The position numbers were made by a program, and so were the translations under genes. From assembly GCA_001643675.2 (NCBI GenBank), contig LSRY02000015.1, positions 1,550,001-1,614,000 on the forward strand: DNA of 64,000 bases, in the 5' to 3' direction. This DNA is from Monocercomonoides exilis PA203 (Eukaryota > Protista > Preaxostyla). Shown here piece after piece: positions 1 to 11,823 of the stretch; within the stretch, counting starts at the first letter, position 1; each line of letters opens with the position of its first letter. The notes below the pieces were generated by a model. That model was not told the origin of the DNA and made no database searches. It saw only the letters and a program-made list of their open reading frames with translations.

Positions 1-244
1 TCATTTGCTTAATCGATGGTCATTCATATTGCTTTGCCTTTCAGTTGTTATTCTATTCTGTTTTAAAAGATTAATTTTTTCTTTTTCATCACTCAAAAAT
101 TTATTTGATTTTATTTTATTCTGTATGAATGAGGAATATCAACCTCTTGAGGGCATTTCCAACAATATATTCCTTATGGAGGAATTTCCAATCAATGAAA
201 AGAAGAATAGCTATCAAAAGAAATATTTTCATTTGAAATATTTA
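1..244 (-). repeat. Paralogous copy of the upstream (5' flank) region of the giant receptor gene family
   Basis: The reverse complement of 1-244 aligns by eye with ~60975-61217 (shared tcctccataagga.catattgttggaaatg.cctcaagaggttgatattcctcat and aataaaataaaatcaaa.taatttttgagtgatgaaaaagaaaa). In the 61 kb copy this block lies ~90 bp upstream of the ATG at 61309. Confidence 0.8.
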
Positions 245-1090
245 CACCAAAAATTATTCAACATCGAAAAACTTTAATTCAAAATCGAAAAAGTTTAAAA
301 CAACATCGAAAAACTTTAATTCAACATCGAAAATTATTATTCAAAATCGAAAAAGTTTAATTCAAGATCGAAAATTATTATTCGAAATCGGAAAACTTTA
401 ATTCGAAATCGAAAAAGTTTAATTCGAAATCGAAAATATTTAATTCAACATCGAAAATTCATAATCATCAAAAAATTTGAAAAAATTTAAAAATTCATGC
501 TCATGTCAGTTTCATCTTTTTCAGTAAGTGATCTGAGAAATTTGTCAATTTCAATAAGAAAAATATTTTTTTATGTTTTTTGGTGTTTGATTGTGTGAAA
601 TAGTGGAAATAGGATAAAACTGAATTATGATTAAACTCTTCACATGTATTCAGGAGACAATGAGGAATTTTTGAAAAAAATAAAAGTGATAGGATAGTTC
701 ATGATCTTGTTTTGTGCACAAAAATACTTAAATCAATCTAATGCATTTGTTATGAAACGTTTGACATTCATTTGTTGAATATGAAACAGATAAAATGAAA
801 CATTTTCAATTTTCAAAATGAGAAAAAGATCAACGGATATCAGTCGAAATTATCGAAAACCGTAGTTCAAAATAAAAGGAAAGTATTTCCAATAAATAAA
901 CATTTGTTATGATTAACATTTGTATCAAAAAAATTTCCTTGGTTTTGACTTGAATTGAAATTTCGAACAAATTAACTTCTTTTTCGATTTTGAATTAAAC
1001 ATTTTCGATGTTGAATAAAATATTTTCGATTTCGAATTAAACTTTTTCGATTTTGAATTAAAGTTTTTCGATCTTGAATAATTTTTGGTG
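245..1090. mobile_element. Non-autonomous foldback/MITE-like DNA element with modular TIRs and TA target duplication
   Basis: Ends are TA|CACCAAAAATTATTCAA ... TTGAATAATTTTTGGTG|TA. Both arms are built of ~20-21-bp units (aattcaaaatcgaaaaagttt), about 10 on the left (252-460) and 5-6 inverted on the right (~955-1085). No ORF inside. Confidence 0.8.
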
Positions 1091-1149
1091 TAAAAAAATG
1101 AAATTGGAAAAGAAAGTGAATAAAATTTTTACAAACTTCAAATGTTCAA

Positions 1150-1990
1150 AGAGAGGTCTTTATTCGTTTGATAGGTGCATTCAATTTTCATCAATGATTT
1201 CATTATTTCAAAACTATCCGTTTCGAAACTTTATTTCGACATCCTTTAAAAGAATTTTTTTCCTCTTTTCTTTCTTCCTTTTCAATCATTTCTTCATTCG
1301 CTATTTCTGAATCTTCATAATTTCTTCCAAACTGTTTTGTGGAGTCAATTTTTCTCTTCTCACTTTTTCCTAATTCTTTCATCGCTCATGCTTCATCTTC
1401 AAAGCATTCAATATTTCAAAAAATACTTCCATATCATCATTGGTGATCATCCCAGTTCAGCGCAAATCTTTCATTTTAATGCGTATTCTTCCAATCCTCC
1501 TTCATGATTTTTTATTTTTGATTGTTTTGTAATATCCAGGAAAACATTTCATTCCGAGCTTTCGTTTGTTTCTTCGCAAAATAATCCTTGCTTATCAATG
1601 AATCTTTCGGGGAAAAATGAAGTGGCCAACAGCATTGATTCAAATTCTTCATCACTTTTCCTGAAAGTCAAATGTCTCTTGATTCTTTAAGTGACAACTT
1701 CAAAGCTTTTCATAAAAAACGATGGAAAGATGAATATATGAATCAAGGAAGAAAATCAATGAAAACCTTCAAATTTGTTAATATAGCCATTGTTGCCAAT
1801 TAGTAATGAGCTTTTCATTCAGTTTTTGAGTCAAAGGCATCGTTTGTCATTGCATCCCCTTTTTGCAAGCGAACTTTTTCCATGGATGCAAATCATCATT
1901 GAAAAGACACTTGAGTCAGAAAATTAATACATTTCATCTTCAAAGAGCTTTGGGTCAAACTCAACAAACGTTTTTTGTTCAAAAATACTC
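1150..1990 (-). pseudogene. Decayed coding relic of unknown, possibly transposable-element, origin
   Basis: One minus-strand frame gives protein-like text broken by many stops (EQKTFVEFDPKLFEDEMY*..., KRHLTFRKSDEEFESMLLATSFFPERFIDKQGLF..., GGLEEYALK*KDLR*TGMITNDDMEVFFEILNALKMK). No recognisable motif. Confidence 0.3.
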
Positions 1991-2229
1991 CATAAAATTG
2001 AACTGTTTTATTTCGAGATAAAAATTGAGCATCGGCTTGAAAACAATAAGGAATATTGAATTCAAAACAAATAAAAGCTTTATTTGCTTTTCATTCCTTC
2101 AAAATCATCCTTTTCCTGCTGAAAAAAAATATCTAGTAGGAACAAAATAAAACCCTTTTGCATTCGAAGAACAGCATGAATAAAATATAGTTTTGCTTAA
2201 TAGTTGCATTTGAACGTTCATCTGAGTCA

Positions 2230-2720
2230 TAAGACCAGAAAAAACAGAAAATACAAAATGCAGGAATTGAAGTTTAATAAAGGGCAAGCGAATATTTTGT
2301 GCAAAAAAAATCTTGAAAGTCCATGCTTTCATGTCATGTGCTCATTTCGTTTTTTATTTCATTATTAACAACAAATAAATTGGACTAGGAAATGTTTTTA
2401 TGTTATTCACATGACGCATGGATTTTTATATCCTTGAATAAAATAATAGTCAAGAAATTTTCACTTATTATCAATTTAAAATTGAAACTGTGAAATGCGA
2501 AAAACTCAAGAAAAAATTGGAAAAAAAAATAAAACATTTGAAATAAAAAAAAGGTCATTATGAATGTTTCATGTCCTTATTATTCAAAGAAAACAAAAAA
2601 GAAAGACTGTACAAAATGTGCAAAAAAAAAAAAAAAAGATCAATAATAAATAAAAATTATCAAGATCTTCAATAAAAACAAAAATTGAAACGCAAAAATT
2701 TCTTTTGTCAAATTTGTTGG
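2230..2720 (+). repeat. Diverged direct copy of part of the 58.4-61.3 kb spacer
   Basis: Collinear blocks shared with ~60245-60790: caaaaaaatcttgaaa, tgtt.ttcacatgacg, atatccttgaat, gaaatgcg.aa.actcaaga. Confidence 0.55.
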
Positions 2721-3166
2721 TAAATGTTCATGAGCGTTTGGTCACATTTGTCGACAATTCCATGGAGTCAAAATCGTTTGATTTAGGCAAGATTCTAATG
2801 AAAATTTCGAAATAGTTTAGCCAGCATCGGAAAAGTTTTATGTAAAAAATTCATTGCTCAGAATGCAAAAAGTCAAAAAAATAAACAAAATATGGATCAA
2901 AAATTTTTACACGAAGAAAAAAAAGAAGTGCATTCAAAAAATTTGTAAAGATTGGAAATAAAAATCAACAAAAATCAAGATAATTGTAATAATTATTGTA
3001 AACAATAAAAAAATAATAAATACATATTGATTGTAATATGATTGTCAAAGAAAAGAAAAAAATGAATGAAGACTAATTTTGTAAATGAAATTGTGAAGCA
3101 AAGACAATCAATAATTCTAAAGGCTATTGTAAAAAAATTCAATTATTAATTCTTTTGTAATGCATT

Positions 3167-6100
3167 TCATTCTTCTCCGAATTTTATCTCTCTTCTCTTC
3201 TCTCTTTCCAGTTCCATGATAAACTTTATTCGTTTAAATTCATCTTTTCTTATAAGCACAACTTTTGCATGTCCGTCGATGCTGACAGCTGTTGCAGGAA
3301 CAATCTGAAAGGGGGAAATTTCGGAATCATAACAGCCACACAGCTTCAAGAACAAGGCTCTGCTTTCACTAGCTTTATTACGCAATTTTGAAAAGGAACC
3401 ACTCGCATTTTCATCAGAAAATATCTCTAAACTTCCAACAGAAAATGAAGGTTTTTCATTCAGATTCATTTCAGCATTTATTTTACCATTCATAAAATGC
3501 TCCGTTTCTTCATTGCCAAATTTCTTTTGATGTTCTCCTTCATCATTGCATTGACAATTCACCTCATTTTCCTCTGTGATGTGCTGTTTTGTGGTTTCTT
3601 TGTACCTCTCATCTGAATCTGCGCTTTCTCTTTTGTGAATTTCAGACAAATTTGTTGAAGTGAAAAAGCACTCGGCATTTATCACTGTGAATGGCTTGCG
3701 AATTTCTTCAACAACTGAAGGTGCATCTGATGATGATCCTGAATGTTGATGAATCAGCTATTTAAAAGGAGGAGGAAAATAAAAGATAAGAGATTGCAAG
3801 TGATATTAATATTTCAACAAATAAAACAAGATTAATTTCATTTGGTGAATATTTAATTTTTGATAATAATAAAAATAACAAAAAATAATACAAACCAAAA
3901 AACGTCCGTTGATCACAATAATCAGATCAGGATGAGAATCTCCTTGAGTGCAGGCCTTGCAAACTGGTGGAACATAATTGGCACACAACTCTGGAAGATT
4001 CTTGTGAGAACAAGAACTGAATGATTTTTCATGAGAAAAGTGGTATGAAAGTGGGTATGATTGTGATTTGTCTTCATCATCAGTTGCCTGTGCATGAATT
4101 AAAGTAGAATTATCATTGTTTATAGCAGAAATAGCTGAAGCAAAAGTTTCGGCTTTTTCTGTATTTTCAGATGAAATTGATGATAATGACGATGATGACC
4201 ACGATGAAGAAGAAGAAGAAGAAGAAGACAAACAACAAGGGAGATGAGTCTTGTTAACAATCTCAGAAATATTATTTTGAATGCTCAAAGTCTCATCATT
4301 GCATAACAACGAGCACACAGCTCCTTTTCTGCTTCCCATCCATCCAGGAATCTCGTAGCATTCACTTGCTCTAATCAAAGCAGCAACATATTTCCTATCC
4401 CAAGAAGCGAATTCAGGAAAGCTGCTGCGCAGGAAGTTGACAAGAGAACAAAGAGACTCTTCCAAAAATGATTGGCAGTTGATCCATTGGCGATGTCGTT
4501 TATGATGTTTGACGAGCTGTTTGGGAAAAAGATCGTTGGAGTTGGCTTCGAATGAGACAGAAGAAGAAGAAGAAGATAATGATGATGACGACGACGATGG
4601 TGGAGATGAAGTGAATGAAAGAGATTGCGTCATTAATGTTTCTGGTTTTGAAGTTTGTGAAAGATGGCAAGAAGATGGTGAAGTGGTTGAATGAATGGGA
4701 GATTGAGAAGAAACAGACAATAAAAAAGAAGGAGATGATGAGGTTGCATCGTCAGCAGAAGTTGAAGACAAGTCCGATGGTGGAAGAGGTTGAGCATTCG
4801 CAGATTCAGTTGAAGGCGGGTCACATAAACTTGAATTGAAATGAGAAGTTTCTTCAAATTCATTTGATGAGTGCTTATCCTTCCTTTGAGTTTGTTGATT
4901 ATCTTCTTGTAACAGAAGCGAATGATTATGCAAGAATGGCTCACTGATCATCATTAAGTTTGCCTCTATTTCCTTTTTCTTAATCTTATCTTCGGACGAT
5001 TTACCTTCTTTTCCTGCATTTTCTTCATCTGATTGTGGCATTTCCTCCATTTTTTGAATTTTCCCGACTTTTCTTTCTGAAATTTTCATTTTCTTTTCAT
5101 CTTCATTCTGTTGGTTGCTTTCACATCCTTTCTCGTTATTGTTTCCAGTCTCATTTTCGTCGCAGTTTTCATAGTTTATACAGCTCATTTTCTGCAACAC
5201 TTTTCCTGTTTTTTCATTTTCTTCACCTGAACTTCCTTGATTCTTGATGATGTTTTCCTTGCATTCAGCACCTTCCTCAGATTTGTCTTTGGTTTGCTTA
5301 TAAACTTTCATCCGCTTTTCCATTTCCAATCTGCTTTCTCTTTCAAATTCAGATTTATTTTCTTTATTCTCGTCATTCTCTTCATCCCCCACAATTTCTC
5401 TATCAATATCTTCTCTTGTAATAATCCCCAAATTCTCATAAAACGGATCTCCATCACCTTCGGCATTCACTCTGTAAACGACACACATATTCGCCCGCTT
5501 GGCCTTCATCTCAAACAGCACTTCCAACACGCTCGCATCTGCATCCACAGAAATGCAAGACTTTCCAAGTCTCGTAAAATAAGTGCTGATTCGATTTTCC
5601 TTTGAACAATCAAGCAGAACAACATCATTTGTTTCGACGTAACCAAGTATTGCGTTCTGATCTGCTTCAAATACTGGTATCTTTGTGTGCCCACTCGACA
5701 ATACAAATAGATTGAGTTTAGGAGATAATGGTAAATCAGCCTATAAATAAAAATTGATAAAAAAAAACATTTTTTAAGAATTCGATTTTTCACAAAAAAA
5801 AAAGAAAGAAAAGAAAAAGAAAAAGAAAAAGCATTTAGCAATAAACGAAAAAATCGCAAAATGTGTTCATAATAAATAAGCTAAATTTGAATTAATAAAT
5901 TATTCATTGCAAAATACAACTTTATTTCATATTTGTTATACCTCAATCATTACGACTTTTTCAATACTTGTCATTATATCCTTTGCTGTCTTTTTGAAAA
6001 AGCCCAAATCCGTTTCTTCAGCTTCACTTTTCACTGAGATTTCTTGATTTGGATCATTTGTATGCATTTCAATCAGTTTCTTAAGTTGATCTTTTGAATA

Positions 6101-6780
6101 ACGAATTCCAGCATCACTTCCATTAATATAATCTATCAACTTTCCAACGGGATAGGAAATAATTCCAACAACAAACATCCAAACAATACAGAACCAAGAT
6201 AAATACATTGCAATTCCTTTTCCTTGCCTCGTATAAACCGCTTGGGGGATTATTTCTCCAACGAATGAAAGAGCGATCCAACTAACAAATACAGAAGTCC
6301 AATGCTCCAACGCAAGACCAATCAAAACAGCTCCAGACACTTTCCCCAAAACTTGATAATAAAAGAGGTTGCAACGAAAATACAGTCTTTATTTAATATA
6401 TTTAATAAAACTAACTGTTTCCCAAAACAATTGAAACACGAAGAACATTTCCTAAATAATTAAAAATCGTGTAAAATAAAACAAGCAATAAAGGATACCA
6501 TGTTTTCGAATTTTCAAAATTTTGCGAGCATACTTTTGCTCCTTTTCGTTTCCAGTATCTAACATCATTCGTAAATGAGTTTTATCCTTACCAAATATGT
6601 CTGTTCCCAAGCCTAAACCACGCGTCAAACAAAGCAATCCAACATGAAATTATAAAACTGCAAACAACTAAACATGGCAGAAATAGACAACAACAAAAGA
6701 GCCCCAAGAACTTCTAACACTAAATATGCAGGCTCAAAAGAGGTTGAACCTAAGACGTTGCTTCCTGTTGTTCCAACCAT
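3167..6780 (-). CDS. CNNM/DUF21 + CBS-pair metal (Mg2+) transporter with a cNMP-binding-homology-like tail; multi-exon
   Basis: ATG at 6780 (MVGTTGSNV...). DUF21 signatures: LLSISAMFS, TGNEKEQKYARKILKIRKHGN, GEIIPQAV, ISYPVGKLID. CBS motifs: TAKDIMT, GHTKIPVF, GIITREDI. GT-AG introns join the ORF pieces 6452-6637, 5936-6349, 3806-5701 and 3167-3685. Confidence 0.88.
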
Positions 6781-6935
6781 TGCTTTAAACAAAAATTAAT
6801 GGACAGTTGTTAAATTGTGTTCCCCCTTTTTAAAAATTCTCAAATTATGATCAAAGTGTATTGTAATAATTGTTTCGCTGATCGTAACTGACCATATTAT
6901 TTTAATTACATATTGTTTGAACTTGTTATCAAGGC

Positions 6936-9900
6936 ATGGAAGAGGAATTGGAGTTTATTCCTCGTCCAGAAATTACAAATCCAATTATTCAAATTGTAAA
7001 TCAAGGACTTTATGATTATAGGGGTCAATTGTTAGATTTTTTCAAACAAATTACATCGGATATTGATCCTGCTTCTCCCACTTTAGAGCTGGTACTTTCA
7101 AATTTTATATACATTTTTCTAAATTTTTTTATGTTTTGCATTAAATTTATCATTGTTCAAATTTGTGGTTTTTGCATTTTTAAGATTGACGAACTGCAAA
7201 CCGAATCTGAAAATGTTTTGATGCGATATGCTGATTATATTCTTGGATATATTTCTATGAAAGAATCGGAACATAGCGAAGAATTGGTCAGTTAAATATT
7301 TTTATGAACTTTATTTGTTATTATTAAAATAAATAAATTTTTCTTTCTTTATTTATTAATTTTTCTGTAAAGGGAAATTCGCAAACAGAAGACATTATGG
7401 ATGTGAAATTTAAACTTGCGGAAGCCAATGAATCCCAAAGGAGAACTCAAGTGCAAATGGATATTTTGAAAGGGCAACTTGAAAGAAGAGAAAAAATGTT
7501 GGCCGAGCAAAGGGCTTTATTCTACAAGCAATTATTAAATTTGAGGGAACAAATATTTCAAAAAAATCGATTGGGTGACCCATATCAACCAGATGGCACT
7601 GATCTATTCAATCCAGATGCCTGGCTTGATGCTCTTCTTGGAAAGGAAGGAGGATTAACTGATGAAGAAGAGAAAAAAAGGCAAACGCAATTGCTGATGG
7701 ATAAACTTGGAGCAAAATTTGCGGAAGATAGGAAAAAATTAGAAAATCAAATGAAGGTTTGCTGTTTAATCTCTGATTATATAATTACAATTTTTGTTGA
7801 AAATTTCCAATACAAATGTTTTTGAATTCTGAACAAAATAATTATTATTATAATTATAAAGTTACTTGAACGAGAGCGAAATGCCAAAATATTAGAATTA
7901 GAGCACAACTTCCGTGAGCGCGAGGGCGAGCTGGAAGCGAAAATCGCTCAGATGACAGAAGACCGCAATCAAGAGCTCCAATCGCTGACAGAACTGCACA
8001 ACCAGGAGATGTCAATGCTGAAGAAGGCACACGAAGATGAGCTGCAACAGCTGCAGCACGACAAAGAGGAGGAAATGCTGCGTCTGCAGATGGAGTGGGA
8101 GGCGCGGCTGAAGAAGGAGACGGAAGAGCTGGTTGAGCAGGCGAGGCAGCACCAGGTGAAAGTGAGAGAGCTGGAGAAGCAGTGCGAGGAGCTTCTGCTG
8201 CAGCTGCAGCAGTTCAAAAACGACGTGGATGGACTGAAGGAGACAGTGAAGACGCAGAAGGAGCAGATCAAGCAGGTGACGAACGAGAGGGATGTGGCGA
8301 AGGAGGAGCTGAACCAGCTGAAGGCGCGGACTTCTTTGAAAGCGAGTGAGATACAAAGCATGGAAGAGAAGATGCGGCTGATGGAGGAGCACATCACGCA
8401 GCTCGAGGCGGATCTTCTGGAAGGAAAGAAGAAGGAGTCTGACAGCAAGCGGAGAGACAACGAGCTGCAGAAGCTGAAGGACAGAATGAAGGCGATGGAG
8501 GAAGAGCTTATGGAGAAGAACAACAGAATAAGCGAGCTTGAAGCAGGCGGAGCAAATGGCCACACTCCAAGTGAGCTGGAGTTGTTGCGGCGCATTCGCG
8601 AGCTGGAAGGCAAAGAGTCGATGTATGATGCTCGTGAACGAGAGTTCAACATGCTGAAGGCGCGCGAAATGGCTGGGCAGCTGCAGAATGGAGACTTGAA
8701 CAATGGACTCAGCGAGCTGGCAGCAGGAGCAGAGCAGGAGAAGCTGCTGAAGCAGCAGCGCGCGATCAACAACTGGGCGCTTCTTACGTCGCGTTTGAGG
8801 CACAAGGCGATGATTGATGCATTTCCTGAGTTAAAAGCAAGGGCTGCTGAGGAAGGCGACGAAGGCTGGCTTCCAGATGGCTCAGAGCGACTGGGAGACG
8901 ACTGGAAGAAGATGAAGCGGAGGAAAAAGAAAAGCTTTTTGGAGAAGATGCTTGCGAGGCAGCGTGCTGCAGAGGAGCAGCTCAGACAGCTGAGGGATTT
9001 GATTGAGGCTGAGCGGAGGAAGAATTTGGAGCGGGTGCTTTCTGCAGCATGTCTGCTTGTTGCGCCGGCAGAGATGCCCGATTCCATCACAATCATTGGA
9101 AGAGCATTTATACCGTCTGCGACGGATGTGCTCGGAGAAGGAGAAGCAACACAGAGGATGCTGATGATGGCAAACGAGAGGAACGAAAGAGACAGAAATG
9201 ACTCTCCATATGGTGCGTCTGAACGGATAGGGGAGCGGTCATATCGATCGTTGGATCAAAGCATTGGTTCGCCAAACACTGGCAGGACGAGAGAAAGAGA
9301 AGTGTGGGCGACGCCGACAGCATCGCCTGCCCCGTTGCACGGCGGAGGAGGGTCATCGTCTCGGTCGTATTTGACAGCAAAAGTGACTGAAGACGGCCCA
9401 CGATATACACCCAAGTCAACAATTATGGGCCGACCTTCTCATTCTTCAGGCTCAAACTACTCAGCACACCAGCAGCAGATGTTTGCGCCTTCCTCGTCTG
9501 TGGGGATAGACTCGCCACTTCAAAGCACACGCATTCGAACATTCGCCGAAACTCCGACGATTTCGCCACTGGACATCTCACTCGCAGGCACCTCCCGCCC
9601 TTCCGCTTCTCCTGTTCCGCTGGCCTCGTCGCCTTCGCACAGCAGCGATGCTCTTTCGGGGCGAGAGTCGCTCTCGTCTCGTCTGATGCGTGTGGACTCT
9701 TCGCCTCTGCCGTATTCCGCAGCCAGCAGAGACAGCACTCGCCCTGTGTCGCAGAGGTCGTTCAGAAGGCCTCCTTCTGCCAGCTCGTTTGGGAAGTCTT
9801 CGTCGCAGTCTGCCATTCGCAGAGACAGGCCTGGCACCGCCAGCCCCTTCCGCTCTAACTCGTTGGCAAGTCGACTCACACACAGTATGAAATTTTTGGA

Positions 9901-10784
9901 TTGAAGTCAATTTCAATTATGATATGAATTCAAAATGCTATTTGAAAAATTTTAATTTCTTTGCAATTTTTTTTTTTATTTTATATAAAATAGATTCACC
10001 TTCATTGAAGCCAACAACAATCGCGACTCCTCGCGGCTTGCAGGATGGCGACGAGCTTTTGGGCGATTCGACGCAGCAGTTTATTCGGCCATCCACATCC
10101 ACTTCATTTCTCAGTCCTTCTTCTTCGCGCTCCCGTTCATCGGCTGAAGGCACTCAGCGATTTCGTCCCACTTCAGCTTCTTCTGTTGGCTCAGGAACGT
10201 TTTCCTCGACAAGAAGAAGTTTGGTAAACAGCAGCAGCAAGCCATCGATCGCAGCGGCACGAGGCTCTTCCTCAACGTCTGCGCTGGGTGGAGAGGCTGA
10301 TGGTGGAGACGGGATGATTATAGAGAGAGATTTTGATGACGAGGGCAACAATACAGAAAGGGGAAATAAGGAGCCAGTTGCTATCACGCAGTACATGTTT
10401 CCTTCTCGGCACATTTCTGACGGGAGAGCGCCTGTGACAATTTCAGGGGCGCCTACAACCTCAAAGCGAGGGCAAGGAAGCAGAGACGGAGAAAGAGGAA
10501 GAGCAAGCATTGCGGAAGAAGAGAGGGAAAGAGAAGAGCAGATTCCATCGATAACAACGTCTGGGATGGCAACGCATTCATCACCTTCCACGTCACCCCC
10601 TCGTTCATCCTCCTCCTCCTCTTCTTCTTCTTCTTCTACGCAATACAGAAGCAAGAGAACAGGTGGTGGGCAAACGCAGCCAATTGCTCGCTATTACAAC
10701 ACAAACCTTTTGAGAAGACCGAACACACCGCCACAACGCGAAAGAGAAAGGTCGCCATCGCCAAACGAGTCAAAGGAAAGGTGA
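6936..10784 (+). CDS. Uncharacterised long coiled-coil protein with a Ser-rich disordered tail (paralog A); multi-exon
   Basis: ORFs at 6936, 7397, 7952 and 9924 are joined by GT-AG introns (after LEL, EEL, QMK and LTH). The central region is E/K/Q heptad-rich. Clearly homologous to 41794-46225. Confidence 0.8.
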
Positions 10785-11225
10785 GCAAACACAGTTTGGA
10801 TCGGCATTCGTCACTTCACGAAAGATTGATTTATATCCGTATTTGTATTGAAAATAAATAAATAAATAAATAAATAAAACTATTGTATTGTTTTAACATT
10901 TTTTGTTTGTTTTCTATTTTTTTATTTTATTTTATTTTATTTTTATTCTGGCATCACTTCGGTATGTGATCTTAGCTTTTTGAAAATCCGTTTGAGCAGA
11001 ACGTTTTTCAAAATAAACTCAAAGTTTGATTTTATTTTTCACGATTTTTTTTTAGAAGATACCAAAAACGATTGAAAAAATTCAACTAATTATATTAAAA
11101 TGAAAAAATATAAATATTGAATATTTGATATTATTTGCCTTTTGATGAAATAACTAAACTCAAAAAAAAAATAAATAAAAAATAAATAAAAAATAAAATA
11201 AAATAAAAAAATAAAAATAAAAAAA

Positions 11226-11257
<32 letters not shown>

Positions 11258-11823
11258 TTTCTTACTACAGAGATGTTCTTTTTGTATTTATTATTCTCGA
11301 AACAGATTCAATAATTGTTCATATGCAAATTTGTATTTTCATTCCATATGGTGATAAATCAAGATTCCATGAATCCATTTTTGTAATATCTGTACATTTA
11401 TTTGTTTGAACAATAACAATGAAATCATTTAGAATTGACAAATTAATCTGAAAAAATGAATGTGAGTTAACATTTTCTCCAAATCGCAAAAATAAAAAGG
11501 TTTGTTTTAAACTTATCAAGACAGAATAGGTATATATTTAACGATAAAAAAAGTTTATTGCATTTTCATTTGAAGATGTTCTTGAAAATGCAAATATTAT
11601 TTTCTTTGAATTAATTAAAATTGCAAATTTTTTAATTTATACATTCAAAAAGCGTAGAAATTATAACAAAATTTAGCATATGAGGGAGATAAAAGTTGAA
11701 AAGTAATTTATATTTCAAAATTTTTAAAAAAACATTCTTTTGAAAAAGAACATTGATCAATAGCCCACTATTAATTTCTGAAGACAGCAAAAAGCGATTA
11801 TTCTCATTTATTTGAACGTTCCA

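Noticed and set aside
252-460. CRISPR-like array
   Set aside because: The units are contiguous degenerate ~21-mers without unique spacers, are mirrored at 955-1085, and lie in eukaryotic DNA. They are TIR sub-repeats.
7969-9916. Long antisense/overlapping ORFs here and at 22.5-23.5, 28.9-30.8, 38-40.5, 42.5-45.3 and 50-57 kb
   Set aside because: Shadow ORFs of GC-richer or repetitive coding exons, with no independent motifs.
11160-11260. (AAAAT)n and (TTTTA)n tracts here and at ~10915 and ~22240
   Set aside because: Ordinary low-complexity microsatellites in UTRs and introns.
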